A DNA stretch of 64,000 nt from Mytilus trossulus (Eukaryota). Below the pieces are notes generated by a model. That model made no database searches and had not been told where the DNA came from. It saw nothing but the letters and a program-made list of their open reading frames with translations. Positions 17,101 through 29,685 of the stretch are shown piece by piece. The stretch is from NCBI RefSeq assembly GCF_036588685.1, contig NC_086373.1, forward strand, positions 21,204,001-21,268,000, in the 5' to 3' direction. The translations under genes and the position numbers were made by a program. Position 1 is the first letter of the stretch. Every line of letters begins with the position of its first letter.

Positions 17101-20100
17101 ATAGTGTTAAATATTGAAAAAAAGTATTTGATCACCAGCATCGAAAAAAAGGAATAAAAGGACAAAAATCGGACTCAGATAAAAAAAATAACACTCCCCC
17201 TTTTTTTAAGTTAAGTGGTTGCTACTTTATGAAAGCCATTTTTATAATTTGCAGTAGTTTGCATATACTAGAGATGTCTCGATAACGCATTAGAAAACGT
17301 TAGCTGCAACAGCGTGCTAACAGCCGAAAAAAAAAGGATTGAGATATTAGGGATCACTACATTTTTATCTTTTCTGCTCGTTTCAAATGGTATTTCTTCT
17401 CCAAGGAGTATTTGGTAAAGGAATAGGGTAACGTTTTCTTTTATCTATTTTACGTGTTATTTAACGGATCTGAGATACTAGACAAACATATATCATTTAC
17501 CTCACACTTTTTTTAGTCCTGCATTTATGCGTGAATCGTTTTTCGAGTAAAGACCAGTGGCGAATATTTCTGTGTACGTCAAGTCGATTCGGGAAGACCT
17601 TTTCAAATGAATTAGGCAGCAATTATTTACTTCATTTTTTTGTGGAGAGGGAGGGGAGCTTGAGCTATTGATTTTTTTTCAGGACAAATTTTGGTGACAA
17701 GTCGAAATCTATTTTAGCATTATATTTAGTGGCAGCTGAGGGTGAAACAAACAAAAAAAAAATTCAGGGCCAAAAACTGGAAACATTTTTTGTTTCCAAA
17801 ACTAAATCCATAGCTCACCACCACCACCCCCTTGCCTTTATGTTTTATACTACACTATAATAGCCCCCCCCCCCCGAAAATCAATTGGTTGCTGCCTTAT
17901 GGGTTCGGCAATGATGCTGCTTTGAGTCTTGATTGGGGTTTAATAAAGTACGTTAATTTTTTTTAACAAAAAAAACCCTGTAAAATTTAGAGAACTAATA
18001 ATTATCAAAAATATCAATTTTACTCAAAAATAGTTTCCTCCTTAAATATAGACACGATAAAACTAATGTCCTAAATGCCTAGTTTTGTGTACACTTAACC
18101 TACACAAGGCCTACACTGACTATCGACTGTGTGTAGGTAAAACATGATTTAAACTACATGTAAACATTGAGTTTTATCAATGGGAACGCAATTCTGTTTA
18201 GTTTACGTGTGAGTTACACTAACACAACACCGAATTTAGGTCAATGTGAACACGGCCTATGATGTCGATCCTAGTCGTAGATGTAGATGTCACTGGTATT
18301 AAAGAGATAATGGTAACTGCAATTACGATTATCCCAATATGGCGACGGTAGATATAGGTAAAATCTTTACACTCATTTTTCTTACATGTAGCATGCTTTT
18401 GTCAATAGTTACTCAGCTGCAAGGTTTATCTATACCATTACATCATATTTGAATCGTTACGGTGCACTGGAATTGTCTAAGCGCTGTGAAAATAGCCGTT
18501 GAAAAATTCGGGATGATAATCGTAACTCTATGGTATTTTTCTTCTTTGATAATCGTAATTTTCTTAATCGGATAATAGTAACTGAAACATAATAAATGTG
18601 TCTTTCAGCATTTCAATGGTATTTTGTGCGTTAAAATGTAATTTAATAGAAAAGTACGGATTATATGGCAAGCATGCAAATACAAAAATGTTCCTTGTTT
18701 AGTACCTTCAATATTTTTCTCTACAATATCTTCCATGCATATGTATAAAGCATATTTTTCATATACCGAGTATTTATGAATTTTTAATAAGTTTGTTTCT
18801 TATTTTGCGGAATATGGGTTATTCAATTATTCTCAATTTTGCAGTCATTCTTTGAACATTACATTTGTTCACATCTATACACCTTGTTTAGCTACCTTTA
18901 CATAAGATTTGTTCCCACTTGTAAACTATATGTCATTTAAATGTTAATTACGTAGAACTTTTTTGGAAAATTTTTCTAGCGGTAAGGGAACAATCATTTG
19001 ACTTCAAAAGGGGGGTGGGGGATGGGAATGGAAATATTCCGATCCCCAATTTGATAAAAAAAAAAAAAAAAAAAAAGGTCATACAGATGATAAAAAAAAT
19101 TATTCTGAACCAAGAGTTTCCCCATACATTATAGTGTTAAATATTGAAAAAAAGTATTTGATCACCAGCATCGAAAAAAAGGAATAAAAGGACAAAAATC
19201 GGACTCAGATAAAAAAAATAACACTCCCCCTTTTTTTAAGTTAAGTGGTTGCTACTTTATGAAAGCCATTTTTATAATTTGCAGTAGTTTGCATATACTA
19301 GAGATGTCTCGATAACGCATTAGAAAACGTTAGCTGCAACAGCGTGCTAACAGCCGAAAAAAAAAGGATTGAGATATTAGGGATCACTACATTTTTATCT
19401 TTTCTGCTCGTTTCAAATGGTATTTCTTCTCCAAGGAGTATTTGGTAAAGGAATAGGGTAACGTTTTCTTTTATCTATTTTACGTGTTATTTAACGGATC
19501 TGAGATACTAGACAAACATATATCATTTACCTCACACTTTTTTTAGTCCTGCATTTATGCGTGAATCGTTTTTCGAGTAAAGACCAGTGGCGAATATTTC
19601 TGTGTACGTCAAGTCGATTCGGGAAGACCTTTTCAAATGAATTAGGCAGCAATTATTTACTTCATTTTTTTGTGGAGAGGGAGGGGAGCTTGAGCTATTG
19701 ATTTTTTTTCAGGACAAATTTTGGTGACAAGTCGAAATCTATTTTAGCATTATATTTAGTGGCAGCTGAGGGTGAAACAAACAAAAAAAAAATTCAGGGC
19801 CAAAAACTGGAAACATTTTTTGTTTCCAAAACTAAATCCATAGCTCACCACCACCACCCCCTTGCCTTTATGTTTTATACTACACTATAATAGCCCCCCC
19901 CCCCCGAAAATCAATTGGTTGCTGCCTTATGGGTTCGGCAATGATGCTGCTTTGAGTCTTGATTGGGGTTTAATAAAGTACGTTAATTTTTTTTAACAAA
20001 AAAAAACCTGTAAAATTTAGAGAACTAATAATTATCAAAAATATCAATTTTACTCAAAAATAGTTTCCTCCTTAAATATAGACACGATAAAACTAATGTC

Positions 20101-20885
20101 CTAAATGCCTATTTTGTGTACACTTAACCTACACAAGGCCTACACTGACTATCGACTGTGTGTAGGTAAAACATGATTTAAACTACATGTAAACATTGAG
20201 TTTTATCAATGGGAACGCAATTGTGTTTAGTTTACGTGTGAGTTACACTAACACAACACCGAATTTAGGTCAATGTGAACACGGCCTATGATGTCGATCC
20301 TAGTCGTAGATGTAGATGTCACTGGTATTAAAGAGATAATGGTAACTGCAATTACGATTATCCCAATATGGCGACGGTAGATATAGGTAAAATCTTTACA
20401 CTCATTTTTCTTACATGTAGCATGCTTTTGTCAATAGTTACTCAGCTGCAAGGTTTATCTATACCATTACATCATATTTGAATCGTTACGGTGCACTGGA
20501 ATTGTCTAAGCGCTGTGAAAATAGCCGTTGAAAAATTCGGGATGATAATCGTAACTCTATGGTATTTTTCTTCTTTGATAATCGTAATTTTCTTAATCGG
20601 ATAATAGTAACTGAAACATAATAAATGTGTCTTTCAGCATTTCAATGGTATTTTGTGCGTTAAAATGTAATTTAATAGAAAAGTACGGATTATATGGCAA
20701 GCATGCAAATACAAAAATGTTCCTTGTTTAGTACCTTCAATATTTTTCTCTACAATATCTTCCATGCATATGTATGCAGCATATTTTTCATATACCGAGT
20801 ATTTATGAATTTTTAATAAGTTTGTTTCTTATTTTGCGGAATATGGGTTATTCAATTATTCTCAATTTTGCAGTCAATCTTTGAA
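12758..20885. repeat. Tandem array of 4 near-identical ~2.03-kb units
   Basis: Units start at 12758, 14788, 16827 and 18857 (2030, 2039, 2030, 2029 bp). They differ mainly in homopolymer length plus a few substitutions in units 1 and 4. Confidence 0.97.
13541..13827. mobile_element. PIF/Harbinger-type MITE (one copy per tandem unit)
   Basis: TIR GGCAGCAA.../...TTGCTGCC flanked by TTA on both sides. Confidence 0.7.
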
Positions 20886-22641
20886 TAAGTTTTTCTTGTA
20901 AGAAAATTCAAAGCCACATCAATTTTATTTCTTGATTTTCGGGCTTTTGGCCAAACTATAAAAGAACACAATCCATGTTTGTCAATGAACTCCACGTTAC
21001 TTAATTTCATAATACACAAAGAATCCAATGTAGGGCCAATCTTTCTCTAATCTTTTTTAAGAATTGAATGCTTCTTTTTGTAAATTTATTGGGGTGTAAA
21101 AGCGTTGACCGAAGTACATTTTGTATGAAGCGCGGAAGCGCTTCATTCTAAAAATGTACGCACGGTCAACGCTTTTACAACCCTATAAAGTTACAAAAAG
21201 AAGCATTCAATACTTATAATTACATTTTTTAGCTAGGATTATAAAAACACGATTTTCATGAAGTTAAATTTTTAAATTCACCTGTGCACTTTATTGTGGG
21301 ATCTCGTGTCATCATGAATGAAATGTTATTGTCTCATGCAACTGCTTACGGAATAACATGTGATGTGCAATTAGCCAATCAGAATAACGTATTATAATGA
21401 AACATACATCTAATGTAATTATATAGCATTAAATGTTTTAAGGATGTCATATTATCATAATTCAAAATTAAATTTGATTTTTTCATAGTTTATATCTGAG
21501 ATACTGAAATTTCAGTGACAGTCATGAAGTAGCCAATATAAATAAGAAGATGTGGTATGTTTGCCAATGAGACAACTTTCCACAAGAGACTGACAGGACT
21601 CATCATTAACAAATATAGGTCACCGTACGGTCTTCAACAATGAACAAAGCCCATACCGCATAGTCAGCTATAAAAGACTCCGAAATGACCCTGTAAAACA
21701 CTTTTCAAAGTTTTCCCTTGTTCATCATAGCTTTTAAGTTATGATATCATCCATGAAAAATGATCGAAGTGACATGAAAACTGTAGCCACTAATTTCTCG
21801 TCAAACGGTTTTTGACGAATACTAAATGTCTTTCCTACTTCGTTATGGCATAATAGGGTATGTTCTAGAATTAAATCACCGGGGGGGGGGGGGGGGGGGG
21901 GGCAGAAATAGAACATATAACCACCTGCAATAAATGAATTTAAACAATATTAACTATATTTACTATTTACTTCAGAAAATATTTTTTTTTTACTGTCTTA
22001 ATCAGAAATCTGATATAAGGTGACATATGCGTGTCGCCTGACAATTATTATCATGTGTCATAATTTCCATCGCTCATTCACATATTTTGTGGCTTACCTA
22101 GTGTTTGGAAATTTCTGTAAATTAACAAAGTTCGTGTTTTCCCATTTCCAAATTTCTTGAAGCTTGTTCACCCTTCCAATTGTATGATATACTAGTATGT
22201 AGCTGTTTTCATTAGAACTATTAATTATATATGCATAAAAAGAAATGTCATAAGATGTTGGAACGTTTCGTAAATAATTCATCGCCATAATTTCATAATA
22301 TGCTATCAGATTTACGTTTTTAGTGTCAATATTAATAAAACAGTTTCCAGTTACGATTATCTTTTTTATTTTAGATACATAATTACGATTATCTTTTTTT
22401 TCCGAGTTACGATTATCATCCCGAATTTTTCAACGGCTATTTTCACAGCGCTTAGACAATTCCAGTGCACCGTTACGATTCAAATATGATGAAATGGTGT
22501 AGATAAACCTTGCAGCTGAGTAACTATTGACAAATACATGCTACATTTAAGAAAAACGAGTGTAAAGATTTTACCTATATCTACCGTCGCCATATTGGGA
22601 TAATCGTAATTGCAGTTACTATTATCTCTTTAATACCAGTG
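20320..22641. mobile_element. Non-autonomous Transib-like DNA transposon with ~238-bp TIRs and 5-bp TSD
   Basis: CACTGGTATTAAAGAG... at 20320 is inverted at 22404-22641 (...CTCTTTAATACCAGTG). GATGT flanks both sides. Repeated GATAATCGTAA subterminal motifs. Extra left ends at 14222, 16261 and 18291. Confidence 0.75.
21056..21420 (+). repeat. Interspersed repeat with a ~150-bp internal hairpin (second copy 53216-53548)
   Basis: Arms ATTGAATGCTTCTTTTTGTAA.../...TTACAAAAAGAAGCATTCAAT (21063-21211). A homologous copy with a deletion lies at 53.2 kb. Confidence 0.75.
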
Positions 22642-22814
22642 GATGTAGAGCACTACAATATCGTATCAACTGCAAGGGAGATATAAACTATATAGACAGG
22701 TATTGATGAATAGTTAAACAGTGAATTAAAAGTTATATATTCAGACAATTGTATGCATCTATACTAGTATTTGCCGTGATAATGAGTTCACAACAGACCC
22801 TTAGTGTATTTTTT

Positions 22815-24590
22815 AGCTCACCTGGCCCGAAGGCCCAAGTGAGCCTTTCCCATCACTTTGCGTCCGGCGTCTGTCGTCGTCCGGCGTCCGTCGTCGTTAA
22901 CTTTTACAAAAATCTTCTCCTCTGAAATTACTGGGCAAAATTAAACCAAACTTGGCCACAATCATCATTGGGGTATCTAGTTTAAAAAATGTGTCCGATG
23001 ACCCGGCCAACCAACCAAGATGGCTGCCATGGCTAAAAATAGAACATATGGGTAAAATGCAGTTTTTGGCTTATAACTCAAAAAAATAAAGCATTTAAGG
23101 CAAATCTGATAGTGTTTAAATTGTTAATCAGATCAAGTTCTATGTGCCCTGAAATTTTCAGATGAATCAGACAACCCGTTGTTGGATTGATGCCCCTGAA
23201 TTGGTAATTTTAAGGAAATTTTGCTGTTTTTGGTTACTATCTTGAATATTATTATAGATAGAGATAAATTGTAAAGCAATAATGTTCAGCAAAGTAAGAT
23301 CTACAAATAAGTCAACATGACCGAAATGGTCAGTTGACCCCTTTAGAAGTTATTGCCCTTTATAGTCAATTTTTAACCATTTTTCGTAAATCTTAGTAAT
23401 CTTTTACAAAATCTTCTCCTCTGAAACTACAGGGCCAAATTAAACCAAACTAGGCCACAATCATCATTGGGGTATCTAGTTTTAAAAATGTGTGGCGTGA
23501 CCCGGCCAACCAACCAAGATGGCCGCCACAGCTAAAATAGAAGATGGTTGGGGGGGGGGGGGGCATTTAGAGCAAATCTGACATGTGAAGTAAAATTGAT
23601 TATCAGGTCAAGATCTATCTGCCCTGAAATTGTCAGATGAATCGGACAATCTGTTGTTGGGTTGCTGCCCCTAATTGGTAATTTTAAGGAAATTTTGCTG
23701 TTTTGGGTTATTATCTTGAATATTATTATAGATAGAGATAAACTGTAAACAGCAATAATGTTCAGCAAAGTAAGATCTACAAATAAGTCAACATGACCGA
23801 AATTGTCAGTTGACCCCTTTAGGAGTTATTGCCCTTTATAGTCAATTTTAAACCATTTTTCGTAAATCTTGGTAATCTTTTACAAAAATCTTCTCCTCTG
23901 AAACTACTGGGCCAAATTACACCAAACTTGGCCACAATCATCATTGGGGTATCTTGTTTAAAAATGTGTGGTGTGACCCGGCTAACTAACCAAGATGGAT
24001 GACACGGCTAAAAATAGAACATAGAGGTAAAATTCAGTTTTTGGCTTATAACTCAAAAACCAAAGCATTTAAGGCAAATCTGTCAGGGTAAAATTGTTTA
24101 TCAGGTCAAGATTTATCTGCCCTGAAATTTTCAGATGAATCGGACAACCTGTTGTTGAGTTGCTGCTGCTGAATTGGTAATTTTAAAGAAATTTGCTGGT
24201 TTTTTTGTTATGATCTTGAATATTATTATAGATAGAGATAAACTGTAAAAAGCAATAATTGTCGGCAAACTAAGATCTACAAATACGTCAACATGACCGA
24301 AATTATTAGTTGCCCCCTTTGGGGGTTATTGCCCTTTGTAGTCCATTTTTAACCATATTTTTTTTTCGTATATCTTAGTAATCTTTTACAAAAATCTTCT
24401 CCTCTGAAACTACTGGGCCAAGTTCATTATAGATAAAGATAATTGTAAGCAGCAAGAATGTTCAGTAAAGTAAGATTTACAAACACATCACCATCATTAA
24501 AACACAATTTTGTCATGAATCCATCTGCGTCCTTTGTTTAATATTCAAATAGACCAAGGTGAGCGACACAGGCTCTTAGAGCCTCTAGTT
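22815..24590 (+). mobile_element. Helentron-associated non-autonomous element (HINE/pearl-like) with ~500-bp internal tandem repeats
   Basis: Subterminal IR AGCTCACCTGG / CCAAGGTGAGCG and a (CGT/CGTC)n microsatellite at 22861-22896. Units start at 22901, 23401, 23877 and 24383. 3' hairpin AGGCTC-TTA-GAGCCT; inserted in a T-run. Confidence 0.8.
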
Positions 24591-25749
24591 TTTAGATGCA
24601 AGTCAAATACATAAAGGAAACCTTATATCTGTGGTAACATTTATTTGAAGTACAATGAGATGGATGAGATAAACAAAGCAAAAATTTCAGCGAAAGAGAT
24701 AGTTTCGTTCTATTCTAGTTGTAAATCTCCAAATGGTACATGTTTCATGTGTACGAAATAAAGTTAGTTATCATGGGGATGCTGACTATCGAAGCAAAAT
24801 AAAACCTTGTAGGATTTGGGTTTTCTAATATGTTGGTCCTCTGCTTTTGAAATTTTATAGTTCAATATTTTGGTTTCAGCAAAGTTGGTCAGTGTTTCTA
24901 TAGTAGCCTTTAGGTATTTCACATCGTACTTTGAAATAGATATTTCTGAAATATTCAACTAACGCAATGTTTTAGGTAGTTAACCAGATAACTAATACAG
25001 GTGTGACAAAGCTAGTTTTGACGTCATTTTTGTGTTGATTGCTTGAGCAATATTACAAATAATTAGCTTCGAGCAACATTGACGACAATTCAGTCTCATA
25101 TGTTCCACGGTTGCATCAAATAAGCCGAGGTTCTTTTAATGTGGTATCATAACACAGAAGTTGTAAAGCTACAAGCTATGATAGGAAGCTTTAGCTTTAA
25201 AGTATGTCTTATGTTTGATGCTGTAAACCACAGGTCTATGGTTACAAACATAACAACCTGATCAAATTTTATTTTTTAAAATGAAACTGATTTATTGAAT
25301 TTTTAATTGTACGATTATCATGTGAGATATTTTCTGCTAAAGAGAGCTTCGTCAGCTCAAAATTTGAGATTACCTTTGAGGAGCTGTTAGTCATTTCAGA
25401 ATAAATTTTTGTAGTTTATAACATGTAATCTAATAGCAGTTAGCCGGCGAAATAAGAAATCACTTGCTGAGAACCAATTAATTGGGTAACAATCACCTTT
25501 GACCTTAAACCATCTGAGCTCCTTATGCGAATGCATTTGTAAACGATAAGAAATACGAAATTCAGTGTTAAACTGGTATAAATACATATTTGTTTGCAAC
25601 ACTATCACGTAAAATATATTGATCATTAATAATATTTCGTGTTATTTTCTCAAAACGAATTCACAATACCACAAAACAGGAAGAACCAAATATATCGGAC
25701 TGTAAAACATCCTTAAGTATCCGGCTCCTCCATACAAAAATAGACACAT

Positions 25750-26040
25750 TAAAACGTTTAAACCCGCTGCATTTGTTTGCACCTGTCTTAAGTCGGGAAC
25801 CTGTTGTTCAGTGGTTTTCGTTTGTTGGTGTGGTTCATACGTATTTATCGTTTTTCGTATATATTAGACCAATGGCTTTCTTGTTTGTATGGTTTAACAC
25901 TAGTGATCTTGGGGAACTCTATAGGTGTGAATCAAGGCTCCGTGTTGAAGGCTTGATTTGACCTGTAATGATTTACTCAAGTTTTAACAAATTGTGACTT
26001 GGGTGGAGAGTTGTCTCATTGCTCTCATACCATATTTTCT
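25750..26040 (+). mobile_element. SINE-like repeat with a Nin/Deu-like domain; related copies at 21545-21700, 27125-27355, 29330-29430, 33800-34010, 41895-42120, 50690-50810, 62110-62240, 62460-62640
   Basis: TTTAAACCCGCTGCATTT...GCACCTGTC..AAGTC.GGA.CCT segment, plus a shared tail GTTGAAGGCCGTACGG...GTTGTCTCATTGGCAATCATACCACATCTTCTT seen in both orientations. The family name is from recall. Confidence 0.6.
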
Positions 26041-26243
26041 CACATCTCTGACATAAACAAAAACAAAAGAGCAAATATCACATGACCAAGATCGACTGAC
26101 TTGGTACAAACGCACACTGTGATACACTGGTGACACTAAATGTTACACAAAATAAAGCATCTTTTTATTTTTTATTATTTCTGAACATGTTTAATAAATA
26201 TTGACCGATAGTTTTGCTTTTTTTATACTCGTTTCAACTACAT

Positions 26244-28420
26244 TTATCTCATCCTGTTTCTTCGCTGTTGTGCACTTTCTGCATACAGTATAATAAAGAA
26301 CAAGAAGCTATATAAAACCATATAAGGAAAAAATCCGTTTGCTATTATCATTATGGAAAAAGTATATCCGCACCAGATTAATGCCATTACAGACCGACTC
26401 CGGCATTCAAATATTCCCAACAGAGTTTCCTGGATTTCATAGATCCAATTTCGGAAAATTTCTACAAATCCAACAAACATCGGTCTGCGCTGCTGTCGAT
26501 TCCAGACAACTAGGCGATCTAAGTTGTCCATCAGATCGCTGTTTGAAGAAGTATCCGAAAAAGAGTCTGATTGCTCTGAAAAATCATCACCATTAATTCT
26601 TCCATTGAGAGATTCTTCACTTCCATCGAACTTAGGAAATGAAATGGCGTCGATCCGACAAGGCAGTCGACTATCTTCCTCGACAGAAACATCCAGATCT
26701 ACTTCAGAAACTTCCCTGTCGCTTACTTGTTCCGATATTGAGTCATCGCTTTGTGTAGCAATAGACCGAACAGCTACGTAAGCTTCATCCTGAAACTAAA
26801 CAAAATAAAACTTTTATTAATTGTCATTAAACTAACATCCTTTCCTGACCCAATAATTCGGTAAATATTGATTTATGGAATTGTAGCTATTTCTATGAAT
26901 TCATCTTTGGTAAGAAATTCATACACGATTTCATAAAAAAAACTATTATTATTTTGGGATCAACAAACTTTTCTCAAATCTAATTTTCTCTAATTTATTT
27001 ACCAAGAAGCAGAAGCAGTGGAAAAACCAGAAAGGAAGGAGGTTCCGGGGAGTTAAAACCTATTTTACAATCAATGCTGTTGAATAGGGACACATGGTAG
27101 GAACACATATCACCGTCATTTTTAATTCGTTCATTTTTTTGTACATAAATTAGGCCGTTAGTCATCTCGTTTGAATTGTTTTACATTTGTTATTTCGGGA
27201 CGGTCATTTCGGGGCCCTTATTTAGCTTACTAAGCGGTATGGGCTTTGTCCATTGTTGAAGACCGTACGGTGATCTATAGTTGTTGAATTATGTGTCATT
27301 TGGTCTCTTGTAGTGAGTTGTCTCATTGGCAATCATACCAAATCTTCTTTTTTATATTTATGATGGGTCGGTAACTCCCTTTTAAAAAAGGTTGATCTGC
27401 CCCTGAGAAGCGGATTTAAGTCGGATGGGGAAGGCAGGGGGACACACGCTCTTATGGAGATACATAACTGGTTAATGAATATACCTTATTTATGTCCCAC
27501 TCAAAACGTTAAATAGTCCCCCTTGTAGACAATGCATTTTGACGATATCTTAAAAGTGCATTCTATATATTAAATGATTTATATATACTAGTAGATATCT
27601 AGTTCACAAGGTTATAAGTTATTGTGTCTTCAGGAGTATACATGTTACGTACATCATTCTTTGATATTCAGAGGTAATTTATCGAGATCTAAATGCATAT
27701 GACATTTCATAAAAATCTGATAATGATTTAATAATTTGAATATTAAATTATAGAGAGAAAAAAATCTTTTTTTTTTAAACATTTATACATTCATTTATTT
27801 CTGACCCTTCCATGGATATGACCATTTCTGATCTCCAATAGATTTGTTTTTATTCCTTGTGACGCCTTTTACTTTATTTGCTGTAGATGTGTCTTACCTT
27901 TTTATCTTGTTCACGCCAGTTGTCAACAAAATCTTGAATAGAATAATTGACGTACAATCGCCTGTTCAAAACTGATGAAACTAGTGTCCTTTTTCGACAT
28001 GTCGGACAAGAGAACTTCAATCTTGGGAATGGACATTGAGGAAGTTGTTCTTTTGTCAGTCTGGCAAGATTTTTTAGGCAGCTAAAATTGAGAAAGACAA
28101 TTTGTTTTTAAACATATTGAAGGGAATAAAATATTTCTTTTTTTCATAGAGACAATCCGAACTTGACAAGCAAACATATTGGTGACTGTTAGTGCTTGTG
28201 GGGTTACAAATTCTATATTTTCGTTTCATATACTAGTATTTGTTATAATGAGCATTTATCGGTTTGAAAAGTCTTGTAATATATTGTGCTGTTCTTACCT
28301 TGTGCAAAAACTGTGTCCACATTGTAGTGTATGGGGTCGTCGATAAACACCAAGACAGATACTGCATCGAAGAAGCTTACTCCAAGACGTAAAGGAACTA
28401 TTTGCTTCTACGATTTCCAT
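26244..28420 (-). CDS. RING-HC (C3HC4) finger protein with acidic linker and C-terminal hydrophobic/transmembrane segments, 283 aa; exons 28299-28420, 27898-28081, 26244-26789
   Basis: Spliced translation MEIVEAN...LRCSICLGVYRRPHTLQCGHSFCTS|CLKNL...FSCPTCRK...VNYSIQDFVD...KK|DEAYVAVRSIATQSDD...MALIWCGYTFSIMIIANGFFPYMVLYSFLFFIILYAESAQQRRNRMR*. GT-AG introns, phases 2 and 0. Confidence 0.88.
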
Positions 28421-28632
28421 AATGCATGAGTGAAAATCAAGCTATATATTATGCCTTTACTTGACAAGTTTAGTGAAGTCTTGACCGGCGCCATGGCAAA
28501 AGCACAACTATTAGTGACGTCTTTGTGCTTTTTGGAATTGTGACGCTGTACATAGTTGCTGTTTTCTCCTTTTCCCGCAACAACAGAATAATTTCCAGTT
28601 GCTGGTGGATGTAGAAAAGAAAAGAGTAAACG

Positions 28633-29001
28633 ATGGGAAGCAGGAGCCCAAGTCCAAAGAAAGTGACATTCGCTGATGAACATCATAGACACAGTCATTC
28701 TGCTATTCCTGTAATACGCGACAACATGTCGTTCCTTCATAAGAGATTGGTCGAAATGATGGAGGAAGCTAGACAGCTCCGTGATGAAACTTCGTCGTTG
28801 GTGGGTGACTATTTAGATTTGGAGAAAAAATTTAGGGATCTTAGAGTTGTGACTAAAGAAACTATGAAAGAGGTAGAACAGCACAATCAGAACCTTGACG
28901 AAGTGATTTACCTCAACAAAGTCATTCGCCATTTAAAAGATGCTGACAATAACATGCAATATGTGCCTTGTGTAGTGTATAAGAATGATACATCTCGATA
29001 G
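28633..29001 (+). CDS. Intronless 122-aa predicted coiled-coil protein with an RVxF-like motif (KKVTFAD)
   Basis: ATG-started ORF with protein-like composition in AT-rich DNA, heptad pattern (LHKRLVEMMEEARQLRDE...LEKKFRDL...VEQHNQNL), and a divergent position 212 bp from the RING gene ATG. Confidence 0.65.
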   Translation: MGSRSPSPKKVTFADEHHRHSHSAIPVIRDNMSFLHKRLVEMMEEARQLRDETSSLVGDYLDLEKKFRDLRVVTKETMKEVEQHNQNLDEVIYLNKVIRHLKDADNNMQYVPCVVYKNDTSR

Positions 29002-29685
29002 AGCTTAACATAAAGCCATATGCAATCAACAAAGAGTACCTCTATGGGACATTATTTCATATAAAGTAACCATGCGGGTTAAAAGTGTTGGCAAAACAAT
29101 CAGTGCAATTTAGATGAGGAGTTTGCGACTGGTGAGAAATATGAAAGTGATTTATTGTTATCTAATCACTAACTAATAATTATCATTTTGCCTTTTCTTT
29201 TAATTATCTTATTTCAAAATCTATAGTTTATATTATATTTTGTATTTTCAATGCATATTCAATGCATATTCAATGTATTAAATCGATGTAAAGTGTTAGT
29301 CTCTTGGTTTTTAATCAATTGATTCTACATAGCTGACTATGCGTAAGGGGTTTTGTTTATTGTTGAAGGCTGTACGGTCATTTCTGTGTCATTTGGTTTC
29401 TTGAGGAGTTATGTCATTAGCAATCATACAACATCTTAATTTTTTTTGTTTTTATATCATATGAAATTTTATTTAAGCAAGTTAAGGGTCGTAAGTTCGT
29501 AACCCATGTAGAGCTAAACTATATTAAGCATAACCGTAACCATGCTAACTCCGAACCCTACATCACAAGAAATTAAAAACTGTCCATGCGATCAGCACAC
29601 GTCGTATTTCATTTTTACCGATTCGTATGCGTATTTGATATAATTTCCTGGATTTATAACTCATTTTCAATACTCATCTAAATAC

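Noticed and set aside
20320-20360. RAG recombination signal in the Transib-like TIR
   Set aside because: CACTGGT deviates from CACAGTG and no nonamer is present at 12/23 spacing.
26339-26781. Plus-strand ORFs of 85 aa
   Set aside because: Antisense shadows of RING gene exon 3; the same applies to 8274-8540 and 49735-50153.
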